A DNA stretch of 63,982 nt, filler included, from Asterionella formosa (Eukaryota): the NCBI GenBank assembly GCA_002256025.1. It is 5 parts of 5 records of this genome, joined end to end, with 100 filler letters (N's around TTAATTAATTAA, not from the genome) between each part and the next. Parts side by side here need not be neighbours in the genome. Positions count along the whole stretch, not along the records: positions 1 to 12,891 come from NKIB01007089.1; positions 12,992 to 25,863 come from NKIB01007095.1; positions 25,964 to 38,831 come from NKIB01007106.1; 2 more parts are not named here. One strand, written 5' to 3'. The translations under genes and the position numbers were made by a program. Shown in pieces: positions 12,712 to 25,964 of the stretch; the stretch's first letter is position 1; the number at the start of each line of letters is the position of its first letter. A model generated the notes under the pieces. That model worked only from the letters and a program-made list of their open reading frames with translations. It ran no database searches and had not been told where the DNA came from.

Positions 12712-12760
12712 TCATCATCATCATCATCATGCTGATACTGCTGCTGCTGTTGTTGTTGAT
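12712..12760 (+). repeat. Compound trinucleotide microsatellite (ATC)n(CTG)n(TTG)n
   Basis: tcatcatcatcatcatcat...ctgctgctgctgttgttgttg seen directly. Confidence 0.8.
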
Positions 12761-12765
12761 CCTCA

Positions 12766-12891
12766 GGGCCGTTCTTATCATTCTGTTATTTGTTGTCATT
12801 GGTGTATCATCGCCGAAATATGATACAAAAATGGCGGTTTGGTTTTTTTTTGTGTATCACCAACGGTTTTTTTGGTCTGATCACCGGTGTA
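12766..12891 (-). mobile_element. PIF/Harbinger terminus (same end as 27234-27358), cut by assembly gap
   Basis: GGGCCGTTCTTATCATT TIR preceded by TCA. The ~125 bp are the reverse complement of 27234-27358. Confidence 0.8.
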
Positions 12892-12991
12892 NNNNNNNNN
12901 NNNNNNNNNNNNNNNNNNNNNNNNNNNNNNNNNNNTTAATTAATTAANNNNNNNNNNNNNNNNNNNNNNNNNNNNNNNNNNNNNNNNNNNN
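12892..12991. other. Scaffold gap with artificial TTAATTAATTAA linker (also 25864-25963, 38832-38931, 51798-51897)
   Basis: Identical N44-TTAATTAATTAA-N44 blocks at four places. Confidence 0.98.
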
Positions 12992-13671
12992 TCTGGTGCT
13001 ATAAGGATTTTCACGTAAGAGCAGTGTGCTGTCCACATATTTCCAGAGGTATGGAAGTGAGGAAGAGGACTAAATCTTGCAGAGCAAACATTGCAAGTTC
13101 CTGATCTCACAGAATCAATGCAAGACCGCGTTTCAACTTGCGCTCGCATGTGCATAGTTCTAAGTGCACTATTTTCTTCTGTGTCATGGAAGGACCCTTT
13201 ATTGTGCAAGTAAACAACAGTGGCATCGGGTCGCCCAACACAAAAACGATATAAATCCGTCAGTGTGTCTCTTTCATCCCCAGTTTCTTTACTACTCATG
13301 ATTTTACAGTTTGGGTTATTTTGGCAAACAGCTTTTGTAGAATTTATATCCCCGAAGACATTACAGTATATAGGGGTGGATGCGAAGTCAGAGGATTGAA
13401 TTTGCTGCATTTGTGATGTCGTTATGGACATTGCCCGATCTCGTTGATCTCCTCCAGGCAAAAACACATTGAAAAATATGGCTGTTTCACTTGTGTGCGT
13501 GGTCTGAGTGAGTTCCTGAGTTTTTGGCAAGGAATCCTGACCTTGCAGCAAGGGAACTCGAAAGCTACTGATAACAACGAATGCTGACCATAAAATAAAT
13601 ATGTTAGTAAAAGAACGTATTGTTCGCCATTGAATGCGCCGCTTGCTTGAATGAGCAGATTTTTCAGGCAT
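12992..13671 (-). CDS. Type II membrane protein, putative glycosyltransferase-like (3' end lost in gap)
   Basis: Basic N-tail plus single TM (IFILWSAFVVI), IFFNVF, DERDTL..LY.FC, VVYLHNKGSFH, CNVCSARFSPLPHFHTSGNMWTAHCSYV. The YxHxKG motif is GT-like; the function is inferred. Confidence 0.6.
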
Positions 13672-14049
13672 TGTATTAGAAGTGCGGTTGACCTATGGAA
13701 TCACAAATTCAACCACCTTCGTTTATGCGACGACAGGGTTTTGAAAAATTTCAAGCCATTGAGTCCTTTTTGTTATATCCAGGTTGTCATACGTTTTCAC
13801 ATCCGGGGTTCACTACCTATTCCTTTTTACAAATATTTGCAATTAACGTATACTTCATTATACTGGACCCGTAGGATACAGGACCCCCCTACAAATTTTC
13901 TCCACCGGTAGGTGGAACCAAACGTCCAATAATTTTCTAGACACAAAGGCAAAGTAAATAAAGGTATTATATTTGCTGTGCTAAGTCTGATATGGAGACT
14001 TACTCGGATAAAAGGTAAATAAAAAAGGATAAGTTCAAACTTCATGCTT

Positions 14050-14430
14050 TCCACTATTGCTAAAACCTGCCTGCTTTGATGACTAGTCACTGCTTGTACT
14101 GTATTGCTAAGGATTGCTATGTACATCGCATCAGCCTTAATTGTTCAGTCCACTCAAGCAATGTGGAGGGACTGAGATGTCACTTGCCAAAATCTATTAC
14201 CTGGTTTACAAATCCAAATGCCTTGCATGTCCAGGAGGTAACAAGTCATCCCATGATGCTCAATGAACCTACTAGGCTGTACTCGTTTTCAATACATGAA
14301 TTGATCACAAAAAAAATCTTTTGTTGCTTGTACCAATGGCTTAGTCAGTACATCAGCCAAATTTGTCTTCCCATCTTCTTTTGTCACCCTGATCATGCCT
14401 GCTGCAACTGCTTTCAAGTAGTACTCTGTT
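14050..14430 (-). mobile_element. Copia (CoDi-like) 3' remnant: RNase H end, PPT, partial LTR
   Basis: Minus strand translates AVAAGMIRVTKEDGKTNLADVLTKPL (copia RNase H C-terminus), followed by a degenerate PPT/LTR start GCTTGAGTGGAC-TG at about 14160-14147. Confidence 0.7.
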
Positions 14431-14449
14431 GGGCAACTGAATGATGACT

Positions 14450-16050
14450 TTACTCTCCCCAAGAAATCAATGTGGTCTCCTTACCAGATCCGTCCAGATG
14501 ATTCCAGGGCCATCAAGACCGCATTTGAGTTTTTTACTCGAAACATGAAGAGGCTTACAATGGCCCCAATGGTGACCCTATCAACAATCTCATTCTTGCT
14601 CTGCTCTGCACTCTTTTTAACAATACTGCTGTTGCCAACCCAGCGGGAGCTGATGAGGAGTCTCCAGCAGAAGATGATGTTTTGATGTACAGTCCTGCTG
14701 GTTTTGTTGCTTCTTGCTATGACCATGAATTTGATTGGACTTCACTTGCTACTATTCCTGTGACAGCCTTTACTTCTCCACTGGTTTGGTTGGTTCTTGC
14801 TATGACCATGAATTTTATTGGTCTTCACTTGCTACTATCCCTGTGACAGCCTTTACTTCTCCAATTATTTCTGCAACTCCTGATACTGTGGTTCTGACAT
14901 GAAAACCTGCCAACAGTGATGTGTTTCTATTGGCCATCCTACTACAATTCTTGATTTATTATATTGTCCTAAAGAAAACAATGTCAAGCTCCAGGCCTTT
15001 CCAGTTAATATGAGGATACTCAGTGGATTCATGTACAGTTTGTGGTTCACTGCATTGTTACTTGGTGCTTCCTTCTGGGATCCCTATGGTACACAAGCAG
15101 TTATTGTCTCTACATACAAAACTGCTTATTTCCTGACTTAAAATCATCCTGGTCTTTCCCTTGAGAAAGATGAATTTTTTCAGTTTGGCATTGGCATCCA
15201 TTCAAATAGCGTTTTTGATCCAATGTCTCAATCTGACTTGGACTTACACTTTCACAACTCCTTTCTTGCCTCATCTGGTTTGTTTCTTCATCAGCCTCCT
15301 ACTGGCCACAGTTTTTGCTCCCACTCTGAATCAATGACACTTTATGAATGCCCAAGTGTCTTTCTCATCAATGAAGGACCTCCCTTGGTATTTCTGGATT
15401 CCAATGACATCACTGCACGTTTTTCTGTCATTTGGGACACTGGTGCCACTTGTCCTGTCAGTGGGTACTCTGGTGACTTAATTGACCCAATGATTATTCC
15501 CTCTACTCCTTAGTTACTTGGCAGAATAGCCTATGGTCTGGTTGTTGAAGGAATTGGAACTGTCAAATTGTCTTTCTATTCTGAAAATGGCACCCTCCTT
15601 ACTCTTCATTTATACTAGGCCTTTTATGTCCCTACCTGCAAACAATGCTAGATTTTTCACCAGAAAATATTTTTTCCTACTGAAACTGTTCATGGTACTT
15701 TTGTGATCTCTTCCATTCTCACTGTTCCCCATGACCCTACGAATGGGCTACCAATCAGCCCAGCTATTCTCCTATATCATGGTGTGTCTTCCCTTCAAGT
15801 TACTGCCTGTTGCACTCCACCCAAATTTGCAGCTTGTGAATATGGCAAGCCCATTGTTGTCCTCTTGAATCTACACTCTCTAAATTTTCACCTAAGAGGG
15901 AGGGAATCATATTGAATCAAAGGTGCCAGGTAAATCCCAACATGGCACAACTTATAAAGACGGTTGTATTTTTGTTGACCATGCATCTGGACTACTTTAT
16001 GTCTGTCACCAAATTAGCTTTACTGGAAAGAATACAATTTTTGCATAAAA
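14450..16050 (+). mobile_element. Decayed copia (CoDi-like) gag/protease/integrase remnant
   Basis: VIWDTGAT (aspartic protease), LVVEGIGTV, HDPTNGLP, PKFAACEYGK (Zn-finger remnant), YKDGCIFVDHASG (integrase start). Numerous stops; ~85 bp local duplication at 14700-14860. Confidence 0.75.
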
Positions 16051-17199
16051 GTGTCTGAAAATGCATAAACTGACAGTCAAGGGGATTTATTGTCTACATT
16101 TTAGCATCGACCATTTTAGTCACCTAAAGAACAAGGAGTGTATTGCTGAATGTTTGTATGTATGTCTAAATTATATTACAAAATGACGAAATTCAGATTC
16201 CACAGAGTTATGCTACACGACATACACTACCACCTGCATCTAAGCCGCGAAATACACCACTTTTCGAAATTTCATTTACATAGGAGTGTTAATGATGGGG
16301 TACTTGACATGAATTAATTCCACTCTTCCTGTAAAAAAGGTTACTTTTAACGGTTTCATGTGAAGTTCTCACAATGAACTTTGAACTCAAGACTGAATTA
16401 GTTGATTTTTCAAATAATTGATTTCAAAGTTCAACTAGTATCCTGCTCTCATGGCTAATTCATTTACTAGACGCATCTTTATTTGTGAAATAGTAAGGAT
16501 ATTTGTAGTGTCTTATTTCATGCATAGACAATCTACAGTTTATATTTGTGCACTTCACGTAAATAATATGAACTATTATGGTGAACAAGACTTCTCTTCG
16601 TGGTTTTCATGCGATGGTTCAGAATCATACAGTGATTTCCAAGACAAAACTAGTTGGTGTTACAACTACATATTTTAAAAGTTCAAGATAAAATTGTTTT
16701 AGAGGATAAATCATTACGAAATGCAACTCAAGTAACGTATGGTATATATGCTGAGAAGGTATGAATCGGCCAAGAAATGACAGTGAAAAGAGTTTTCGCC
16801 ATCCTCATGCACCAAATTGATGCAACCATAAACATCGCCGCTGTAGGCTGAAGTAAGTGCGCATTGTCAATGTAAAATTCTTGGCAAATTGATCTCGCAC
16901 TACACCAAAGCAACGCCAACTCGAGAGAGTTTCCTTCAGCGCTTGTCATCAGAAGCACTCATGCAATGATAGCTAACCAAGTTAAGTACTGGTGGTACAA
17001 GCACCCCGAGTGCGTGTTGTTTTCTTGTGCTGTGTCATGGCTCAGTTGTTCTAACCCCTTGGCGCTTTTTTCCCTCAAATACTCCATCCGAACTCACAAT
17101 TGGTAGATCGATTATCACAGCGAGGATTGCAGTCATCGGACGCACGCTTTGTCAAAGTGGCCCTGCTGCAGAATTCAAATCTTTCCATTCTCAAACCAG

Positions 17200-17640
17200 G
17201 TTACAACAACTTGGGCAACAAAGGTATGTTTTAATATGTTGGCTGTCGGGATTTCAGCACACCGCGCTTTGGGATCATTGGATCTTGGATTCAACCAAGT
17301 CGGCGATGATGAGATTAGATCATAGGCACGTGCTTTGTTTGGATCTGCCTTGCATACGCTCTACTTGGCAGGGAATCACATGCGGGAAAAAGGATCCATG
17401 ACGTTGGCTGATGGGATCAGGAGAGGGTGCGCTGTGACCAAACTGTATTTGACTGGAAACCGATAAGGGCCAGATGGAGTGATTTCAGTAATAGAAGCCA
17501 TTCTAGAAGATGAACTGAGAAGGAGAAAAAGTCATATGGAGTCAATGACACTCAAGGGAGCGATCCAAGAGCTCGTTTTAGGTGGAACAAGCATGGGACC
17601 GATGGGTTGCCACGCAGTTGCTACAATGCTCTGTATGTAC
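17200..17640 (+). pseudogene. Fragment of RNI-like leucine-rich-repeat gene
   Basis: Across frames: LGSLDLGFNQVGDDEI, LHTLYLAGNH, TLADGIRRGCAVTKLYLTGNR*GPDG, IQELVLGGTSMGPMGCHAVATML. Stops and frameshifts. Confidence 0.65.
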
Positions 17641-18380
17641 GAATCACACAGAATTGAGGAAGACACAACAGATTCAAATTTCATCATGCAAGTGAATTGG
17701 TTAACTCATCAGATGATTGTTTTCAATATAAAATCAAGGCGTACTTTTTTACTATAGTAGGACGAGGCTAATGGTAGATCATTCAGTGCATGTGCAATAA
17801 GGAGTAGTAACTATTGGCTGTGTCCTCTCCCTCTTGTCATATTTGTTCAAGTCACACTTGTAGCCTCAGAAATTTGTCCCGACGAAATTGTTCATAGCAA
17901 GACTGCGCCAGATTTTTTTGTGTAGATTGTAGGTTCTGTTGGTACAAAGAGGAAGTCATGGCTGAGCCAGGATTTTTGACCATCTGAATTCATAAAAACG
18001 CCAACATTCAACACCACTGTGAACAATTTATTTCCAACATGGGGACAACCCTTACAACTAGCATCCCCTTTCCAGATTTTCAGCTGCCTTACTACAAACA
18101 AATCTTTTACCAGCTCACATATGGTTTGTTGCACCAACAATAAAAGGTGGAATGATGCAACATTGAGATGTTCCGCAATGGATGCTTTTGAGGTAAGATT
18201 TATTCGCATACTATTTTTGCTATCATAGTATCACCAAGCAAGTGATAATTCTTAATGATATGCTGCTGTTCTAAACATTCATTTGACATTTGAACAGGCC
18301 TTTTCAGAAAATAGGTGTTATTTTGAAAGCAGGAGAGAAATGATGCAATGGCATATATATTTTTGAAATCGTTCTGTCAT

Positions 18381-19436
18381 GTTAACAAACAATGCCTGCT
18401 GCTTCATGAAAAGATACGTCGTAGTTAAGCACATGACAAGAAAAGAAAGTTTACGCAATACATAACAAAAACATTGTGACTTCGACACATTGCGCCTTCG
18501 AAGGATGGAGAATGTTTAAGGTAATGAAGCCATCAATGCGGTACTTGAATGACAATTGTTGGGAGGCAGGACAACAACAAATTGTAAACTAAAGGCACAT
18601 TTCCTTTCTTCTCAGTTGATTCAACTTCTCGTTTCGCTTGTTGGGGAGCACCAATGTAAAACAAAACCAAATTGAGTAAGTGCTCTTATCGCTCGTTGGA
18701 CCTATTCACTTCTGTTGGAACAAAACTAACAAGACGTTTACTTTCTCTCAAAGTTAAGCAAGCAAGAGGATACAATGGAATGGCGGCGTGATGTTGTGTC
18801 AGTGTAACATGTCCAGCTAACAAGTCATTCCTTCTCATTGTTATTGTATTTGCATAGAACAACAATAAAACCGATCATAGTCGGCGAGTTCAGAATGGCA
18901 GTAACAGCAGGGAGAGAGACGCAACATTAGTAAGGCATTGCTTGGCACAAGATTCAGAAAAGAGGAAGAAAAGGGTGAGACAGGAACAATATACATTGAG
19001 CTGAGTAGAGAGTAACGTTGGGTTGCTGGCATGTAGATTATTAGATATCATTGCTTAATTTGATAGTTAAAATACGATCCATTTCAATCTTTTTTGAACA
19101 ATGCTTTTGATTAGAACTATGATCATGTTTACAATAGATTTACGATGAAACAATTCACATGATAGCATAGAATTGAGCTGGTTTTAGGATACATTGTATG
19201 AGAAGGTTTATGATATTGATGGGAAATGATGTTGATCAGTTTATATACATTGTGTGATGATAATGTTCTCATTATCATGATACTTCAAGGTCGGTAAAAT
19301 ATTAATAAATCATCATAGTTACAAGATACCTTGATCATATTTTTGATCCAAAAATTATCATATATACGAAAATCCTGGGACACTTAGCGTACGATACCCT
19401 TGATCTTATATGCATGATACTTTTTATTTTCAGACG
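18381..19436. mobile_element. Unclassified repeat, terminus ...TTTTTATTTTCAGACG (copy 1, internally deleted)
   Basis: Collinear, diverged copy of 21116-22270 plus 23030-23119, and of the reverse complement of 56460-56888. Similarity stops at CAGACG. Confidence 0.7.
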
Positions 19437-21115
19437 CTGTCTTGCTGTCAATTTGACGGCTCCGTGAAACAGTTTAATAGCACATGTGTGTGTTGCTTTC
19501 TGCTGTTGCTAGTTCTATTAAATGAATTACTGACACACTGTCCTTTTGTAAACCTTTGCAGGTCAAGGAGGAAGCCAGTGTGATAATTCCTGTTGCGAAT
19601 TCGCACCATGATGCCTTTTCAAGAATGAATAATTTTTTCGATCATAATGAACGGTTTCTGTTTTTCTTGCATTGTCCTTATAATAACCAATTTAGTATGC
19701 GAAACCATATTGTTAGCATTATCATTTATATTCTTCTTATATATTTATCAACGTCCTGTTAGACCAGCTGTTGTGTCATGAATTATGTTAGCAATTTGAA
19801 ATTGTATCATATTTGATAAGAATATATTCACCGACTCAAAACATCATGCTTTCGGAGCAATTCCCTGCAAGAACTTACCTAAGATTCCTTAAAATTGATT
19901 ATTCAATACATTCTAACATTCTCTCAACTTTTTTATGCACATGCCATCAAATGATGATTTGATGTAATCTAAACGTGTCTTGATGGTACGTTCAATGGTC
20001 TGATTCATTAGAATTAGTGCATCAGAACCATTCCATATGAAATCGGCAAGCTCTGGGTCACTCTCCACTTCTTTGCCTAACTCCGGTTTCACTGTGTTTA
20101 GCCGATTTAGGCAACATTCGGCAAACCAATCCTGTTTGTGGTGGGAAATGCCTTTCATTGATGTTTGATTCTCTTTTGGGACCAGAAAAAACACATTTGA
20201 TTGATATTCTGTTTCACAGTACCTACAGATCACAAACTACAACATCAAACTTACATGTTCACAGCAGAACTTCTTGGTCTTGAAAATAAAAGCAACTCAC
20301 AACCTTTGTGACAATTGATGGTTTGATTCAAATTTAAGCGAGAACGACATTCTGATAAGGCTGCTGAAATTGAAGAGTCTTGATAACCTCGTATGGACAA
20401 GCAAGTTTTGAACCGAATTACGTCCTTTGTAGTGATTGAGTTCATTGACCAATTGATAACATCCTTTCGCAAGTACAAAATTTTTTTCCCTCAGGTTGTC
20501 ATGTTTTTGTTGGTCCGTGCGATTAGAAAAGTTATGATATGGTACCATGTCGTCCATATGCATCCGGGAGTTATTAATGTCATCATCGACAGGAGCCATT
20601 TTTCTTGTATCAACAACTGAAGTGGAAATGTCATCATTGCTGTCATTATCAATTACGGATCCTTTGTACTAATAGCTGATGGTTGGACCAATTGATAATA
20701 TCCTTTGGCAAGTGCAAAATGTTTTTCCCTCGATAGCAACAGTCCTGAACATATGGTGTTCTGTGGCTTTTCAGTAGAAACAGTCCTGAACATATGGTGT
20801 TCTGTTGCTAGTTTACTACTCCAACTACCCCCAGTATATCACTTACTTCTCTGTATATATATATATAATATATATTGTTATGGTCATATGATGTACCGGT
20901 ACACATGAAGAGCTCCCAACCAAAAAAGGGGCTTAAACAATTTGCTACCAAAACCCTGGCGGTTTTGACTTAAACCAATTGAATGGTCTAAATAATTAGA
21001 TTTAACGGACGTAAAAAATATCGATGCAAACAAATTTCAGAAATAATACCGGTACACGTAGTCGTGGAAAACAATGGACATATAGTGCATTGAGTATTTT
21101 CGAATTATGTATATG

Positions 21116-23119
21116 TTAACAAACAATGCCTGCTGCTTCATGAAAAGATACGTCATAGTAAAGCACATGACAAGAAAAAATTTTTACGCAATACATAACG
21201 AAAAAAATTGTGACTTCGACACATTGCGCCTTCGAAGGAAGGAGAATGTTTAAGGTACCCTTGGTAATGAAGCCATCAATGTGGTACTTGGATGACAATC
21301 GTTGGGAGGCAGGACAACAACAAATTGTTAACTTAACGCACATTTCCTTTTTTCTCAGTTGATTCAACAGCTCGTTTCGCTTGTTGGGGAGCACCAATGT
21401 AAAACAAAACCAAATTGCATAAGTGATCTCGTCGCTCGTTGGACCTATTTACTTCTGTTGGAACAAAACTAACAAAACGTTTACCTTCTCTCAAAGTTAA
21501 GATGACAAAAATGAACAACATTGGATACCTGAAAGTTACTTATTCAAGAATATACTGACAAGTTACTATTATAGACTTATGAAAATTTGCTTTGATTTGG
21601 CTGTGGTAAGTGAAGCAAGCGAGAGGATACAATGTAATGGCGTGATGTTGTGTCAGTGTAACATGTCCAGCTAACCAGTCATTCCTTCTCATTGGTATTG
21701 TATTTGCATAGGACAATAAAACCGATCAAACAACGGAATAGTCGGCGAATTCAGAATGACACTAACAGTAGGGAGAGAGACGCAACATTGGTAAGGCATT
21801 GCTTGGCACAAGATTCAGAAAAGAGGAAGAAAAGGGTGGGACAGGAACAATATACATTGAGCCGAGTAGAGAGAGAAACGTTGGGTTGCTGCCTGGAATG
21901 TAGATTAATAGATAGCATTGCTTAATTTGATAGTTAAAATACGATCCATTTCAATCTCTTTTGAACAATGCTTGTGATTAGAATTATGATCATGTTTATG
22001 ATAGATTTACGATGAAACAATTCACATGATAGCATAGAATTGAGCTGGTTTTAGGATACGTTGTAGTTATAATTTACATCGGGTGATCACGAGAAGTGAA
22101 AATAATATGAGAAGGTTTATGATATTGATGGGAAATGTTGTTGATCAGTTTATATACATTGTGTGATGATAATGTTCTAATTACCATTATTCTTCAAGGT
22201 CGGTAAAATATTAATAAATCATCATAGTTACAAGATACCTTGATCATATTTTTGATCCAAAAATTATCATATACAACTGTTAGAAAATCTGACACATATG
22301 TGTTGCTTCTTTCAGGATAATGGTAGAAAAACAGTATTTGTAAGTTACAAACAGCGCGCAGTGTTGGAGCCCATTTATTGATCGATACTTTGCTTCTCAT
22401 TCAATCTTTAACTGACACATTTTTTTACAGAAATATGCATCAGTTACTTGCTCAGTTTGTGGTAAGTGAAGATAGAAGCGAAATGCATGTTGTTGTGCAA
22501 GAAAAACATGAACAGCTAGCTAACAATGAATTGCTTCTCTTGGTTAGTTTGGCTGATTGGAACAACAAAAAGGATTCAAAAGTAATAGGAAATTGCGTGA
22601 ATGCAAACTCAGATCCGTCAGGAGTAAATGGAACAAAGCAAGCAGGGGAACAACGGCAAGGAAACCAGTACAACAACCTTCAGAATTGGATTGGGGAGAA
22701 GGTGGAAGTGAAAGCTGAAGCACCAATCATTGCGATGAAAGTATTGTAGAACATTCTGTAATCACACAAGATATAGAAACATAAAAACATTTTCTGCTAA
22801 ATATAGCTCTAAATTTTGATCAATTTCATCCTATTATGAACATTGATATTGATGAGAATTTCGATCATGCCAAGATAGATGTATGACAAAAGTACACACA
22901 TCATATGACCATGTTTAACTAATTATATGATGCAATGGTATTATAACTATGATAGTCTCATCATACTTCAAGCTCGGTAAAAGTTTACTTCATGATCATA
23001 ATTATATGATGCATTGATCATATTTTTGATCAAAAAACTATCATACATGGAAAAATCCTGTGCCACTTAGCATACAATACCCTTGATCCTATGTTTATGA
23101 TTATTTTTATTTACAGACG
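21116..23119. mobile_element. Unclassified repeat, terminus ...TTTTTATTTACAGACG (copy 2)
   Basis: Shares long blocks with 18381-19436. Contains an internal duplicated subterminal block (about 22190-22275 and 22965-23045). Confidence 0.7.
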
Positions 23120-23829
23120 CATAAGGAAGTTGGGGATTTGCCATGGCGATGTAAGATTTTATTTTTTTCATGTGGTCATAATTTTTCGTTGTATCATCTA
23201 ATAATTTTGATAAATGCCCTTGTAATTTGAATAGTAACCCTTTTGACTACATATATTTAATTTCTTTTAGATTCCTGTATTCGAATTTCTTGCTAGGATA
23301 ATGTACCAGCTAAAGTTATGTTATTTTGCTCATCATTTCCTTCCGTCATCACTCTGATTTTTGAAACAACAACGAAATACTAGTGATGACAAGTGGATTG
23401 ATTGCTTGCAAAAGTAATGTCTCCAATTGTTGGTCAAGTGATCATTATATCTTTGAGTAATCATCGAGTGCAGTAAACCTTAGTTCATAAACATTCAATT
23501 AAGAGTTTACAGGAGAGAAGAAACCATTCGAACTCGTAATGGTTCCGCACACAGTGCACAAGCAAAGTAAATCCGTTTTGTCGACTTCAGCATGACAATT
23601 TCGCCAATCAACCCGTAAACAAACACATTCTACTTGTTCTCGTTTACATTTTCAAATCTCACATGAGCGATACTACATCTGCTATTGAGATTCAGCATAG
23701 AAGGAGATACGAAAATGTGACAGAGACGACTACTGTTATTAACATAGCTATAGTTATGGAATGATCCTGATGACAATTTCTTTTTCATGTCGCTCGTTTT
23801 TGCATATGGCATGCTGTACTTGTATTTAC

Positions 23830-24180
23830 TATTGAACTTGTCCGCATCTTTGATACCATCAAGAGAGCGAAAGCAAGTGGCTCTCCTTCATTGTTGTTTG
23901 CTTGTAGGAAATATTTGATATCCGTATCGTTATTTGCTTGTTGGAACTGTCCGTTGCCTCAAACCTGCTTAGCGTGTGCGTACACACACTGCCGACTTGT
24001 TTTCATTGGTATGTTGTCCTTTTACTCAATGCTGAACTTGTCCGCATCTTTGTTACCATCAAAAGAGCGACAAGTGGGTCTCTTCATTGTTCTTTGCTCC
24101 TGGAAAAGTCGGTGTCCGTGTCATCCTCATCAATAGAGCGACAAGTTTTCTTCATCATTGCGGTTTGCTACTGAAAAAAT
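23830..24180. repeat. Degenerate tandem repeats (TGAACTTGTCCGCATCTTTG... units ~200 bp apart)
   Basis: tgaacttgtccgcatctttg(a/t)taccatcaa at about 23832 and 24032; related catcaatagagcgacaagt at about 24128. Confidence 0.6.
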
Positions 24181-25964
24181 TGATACCCGTGGTATTGTCA
24201 TTCGCTCATTGGGGATGAAGTGGTTACGAACAATGACATGGACACAAAGATAGGGAAGAAAGACGTAGATATATTAACAAACCCCAGTGCTGATGTCAGA
24301 TACAACGATAAAATCAAAAAAACTACTACCAATTCCACTCACTGATAACTCAGCATACAATGATGTTACAAGAGAAAGAAACAATTACAGTGCTCAAGAT
24401 CTATCAAACATTGAAAGGGACAAAAAGAAGACAAAGACAGATATAGATACCTCTACAAATTACAACAACGATGCCAGAAATAATGATAAATACGAAGAAC
24501 CTACAAGTGATTCCACCACACAACAAACGTTCACCAGTAACCCTGCAAACAATGAAAGGACACCACAAGACAGCAGCAATTACTGTGCTTACAATCTATG
24601 AAACCATCCAACTGATGCAGTGATGTGGGACAGAATTTGAGCATCCCCACATGAAACAGAAATCAATCAACAAAGTTGAACTACAAAAGTACGCCCATAA
24701 TGTGAAGTGTGGAAGGAATGTCATCCTTGGGTGCAATATTGGCTCCCTTAAGACTTATCAAATCCCCCCGTGTCTCTACAGAAAGAAGTGCAATTATTAG
24801 TTTTATTTTCCTCCCTGTACTTAAAATCGCTTCTTGCGCTTTTTCTTGTTGACGAGAGTCACACCACGAACATCTCCGAAGTTCCTCAACCATCATGTCG
24901 ATCATGCTGAAGGCAATAACCTCCCAAGGTGGTCTCATGCCTGCGAGTACACATGTGTACGAGAAGGCACCTACATCGAGAAGGGTATTGCTGAGGCAAT
25001 TCACAAACTAGCTATCGTTGTGCCATTCTTTTATCTACTTCCCACTCATCGAGTGTAAATGTCAATTTTAGCTCCCTTAAGCCCATCATATAAAATATAT
25101 TTTGTATATTTCCTATCTTCACATCGAAATTGGCAATGGGCCCTATATCGCCCATCATTAAAATATATTTTGTATATTTCCTATCTTCGCATTTTGGCAT
25201 TACAATTTGTAGCAATTGCCTCTTGTCGGTTGTCCAGCCCTGTGATTGCCGAAATTGGAAAGGGGTCTCCTTAAGGAAACCATTTTATATACTCTACAGA
25301 TTTTAATAATTTATATCTAGAATCCACCTCTTTTTTGTTCATCTCCTGAAAAGTGGACTCCGGCAATTCCATCATCCATCATTACCGGTTTGAAGCGAAA
25401 TCAGTTTAGTGATGACGCCAGTAGGGATTCGTTGTCTAATGGATGTGGTTGGTTGTTGGATTGCTTGTCTTCTTGAAAGATTCATGTAGTTGCATCGTTC
25501 ATATTTTGTCGGACAGGGGATGATAGTGATACATCTGATGTTGGTGGCAAGTTCTTGCTCCGGACATGCATGTGATGATGCTTAATGGATATTCTACCAG
25601 TAGTCATGGTTTAAGCTAAACTTAACGCTTACTTTGAGCATGATATAATATTATCGCTGTAGACTCGGTATTATCTTTAATCTTTACAAGACCAGAATGT
25701 TAAATTATATCATTCACATATTGATTGATTTTATGTACTGATTGAAAGTATTGAAAGACAAATCTAAATAATTGAGACTTGTCAAGAGTCCAATCTCTGT
25801 GGGAAGTGTGCCAGTGAAAGTGTTGTTGCTCTGCACCGGCTTTTTCTTTGTCTTGTGTTTGGANNNNNNNNNNNNNNNNNNNNNNNNNNNNNNNNNNNNN
25901 NNNNNNNTTAATTAATTAANNNNNNNNNNNNNNNNNNNNNNNNNNNNNNNNNNNNNNNNNNNNA

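Noticed and set aside
24600..25270. Possible 2OG-Fe(II) dioxygenase remnant (HHVD...THRV)
   Set aside because: Only two short motifs in a broken frame; insufficient without a profile search.
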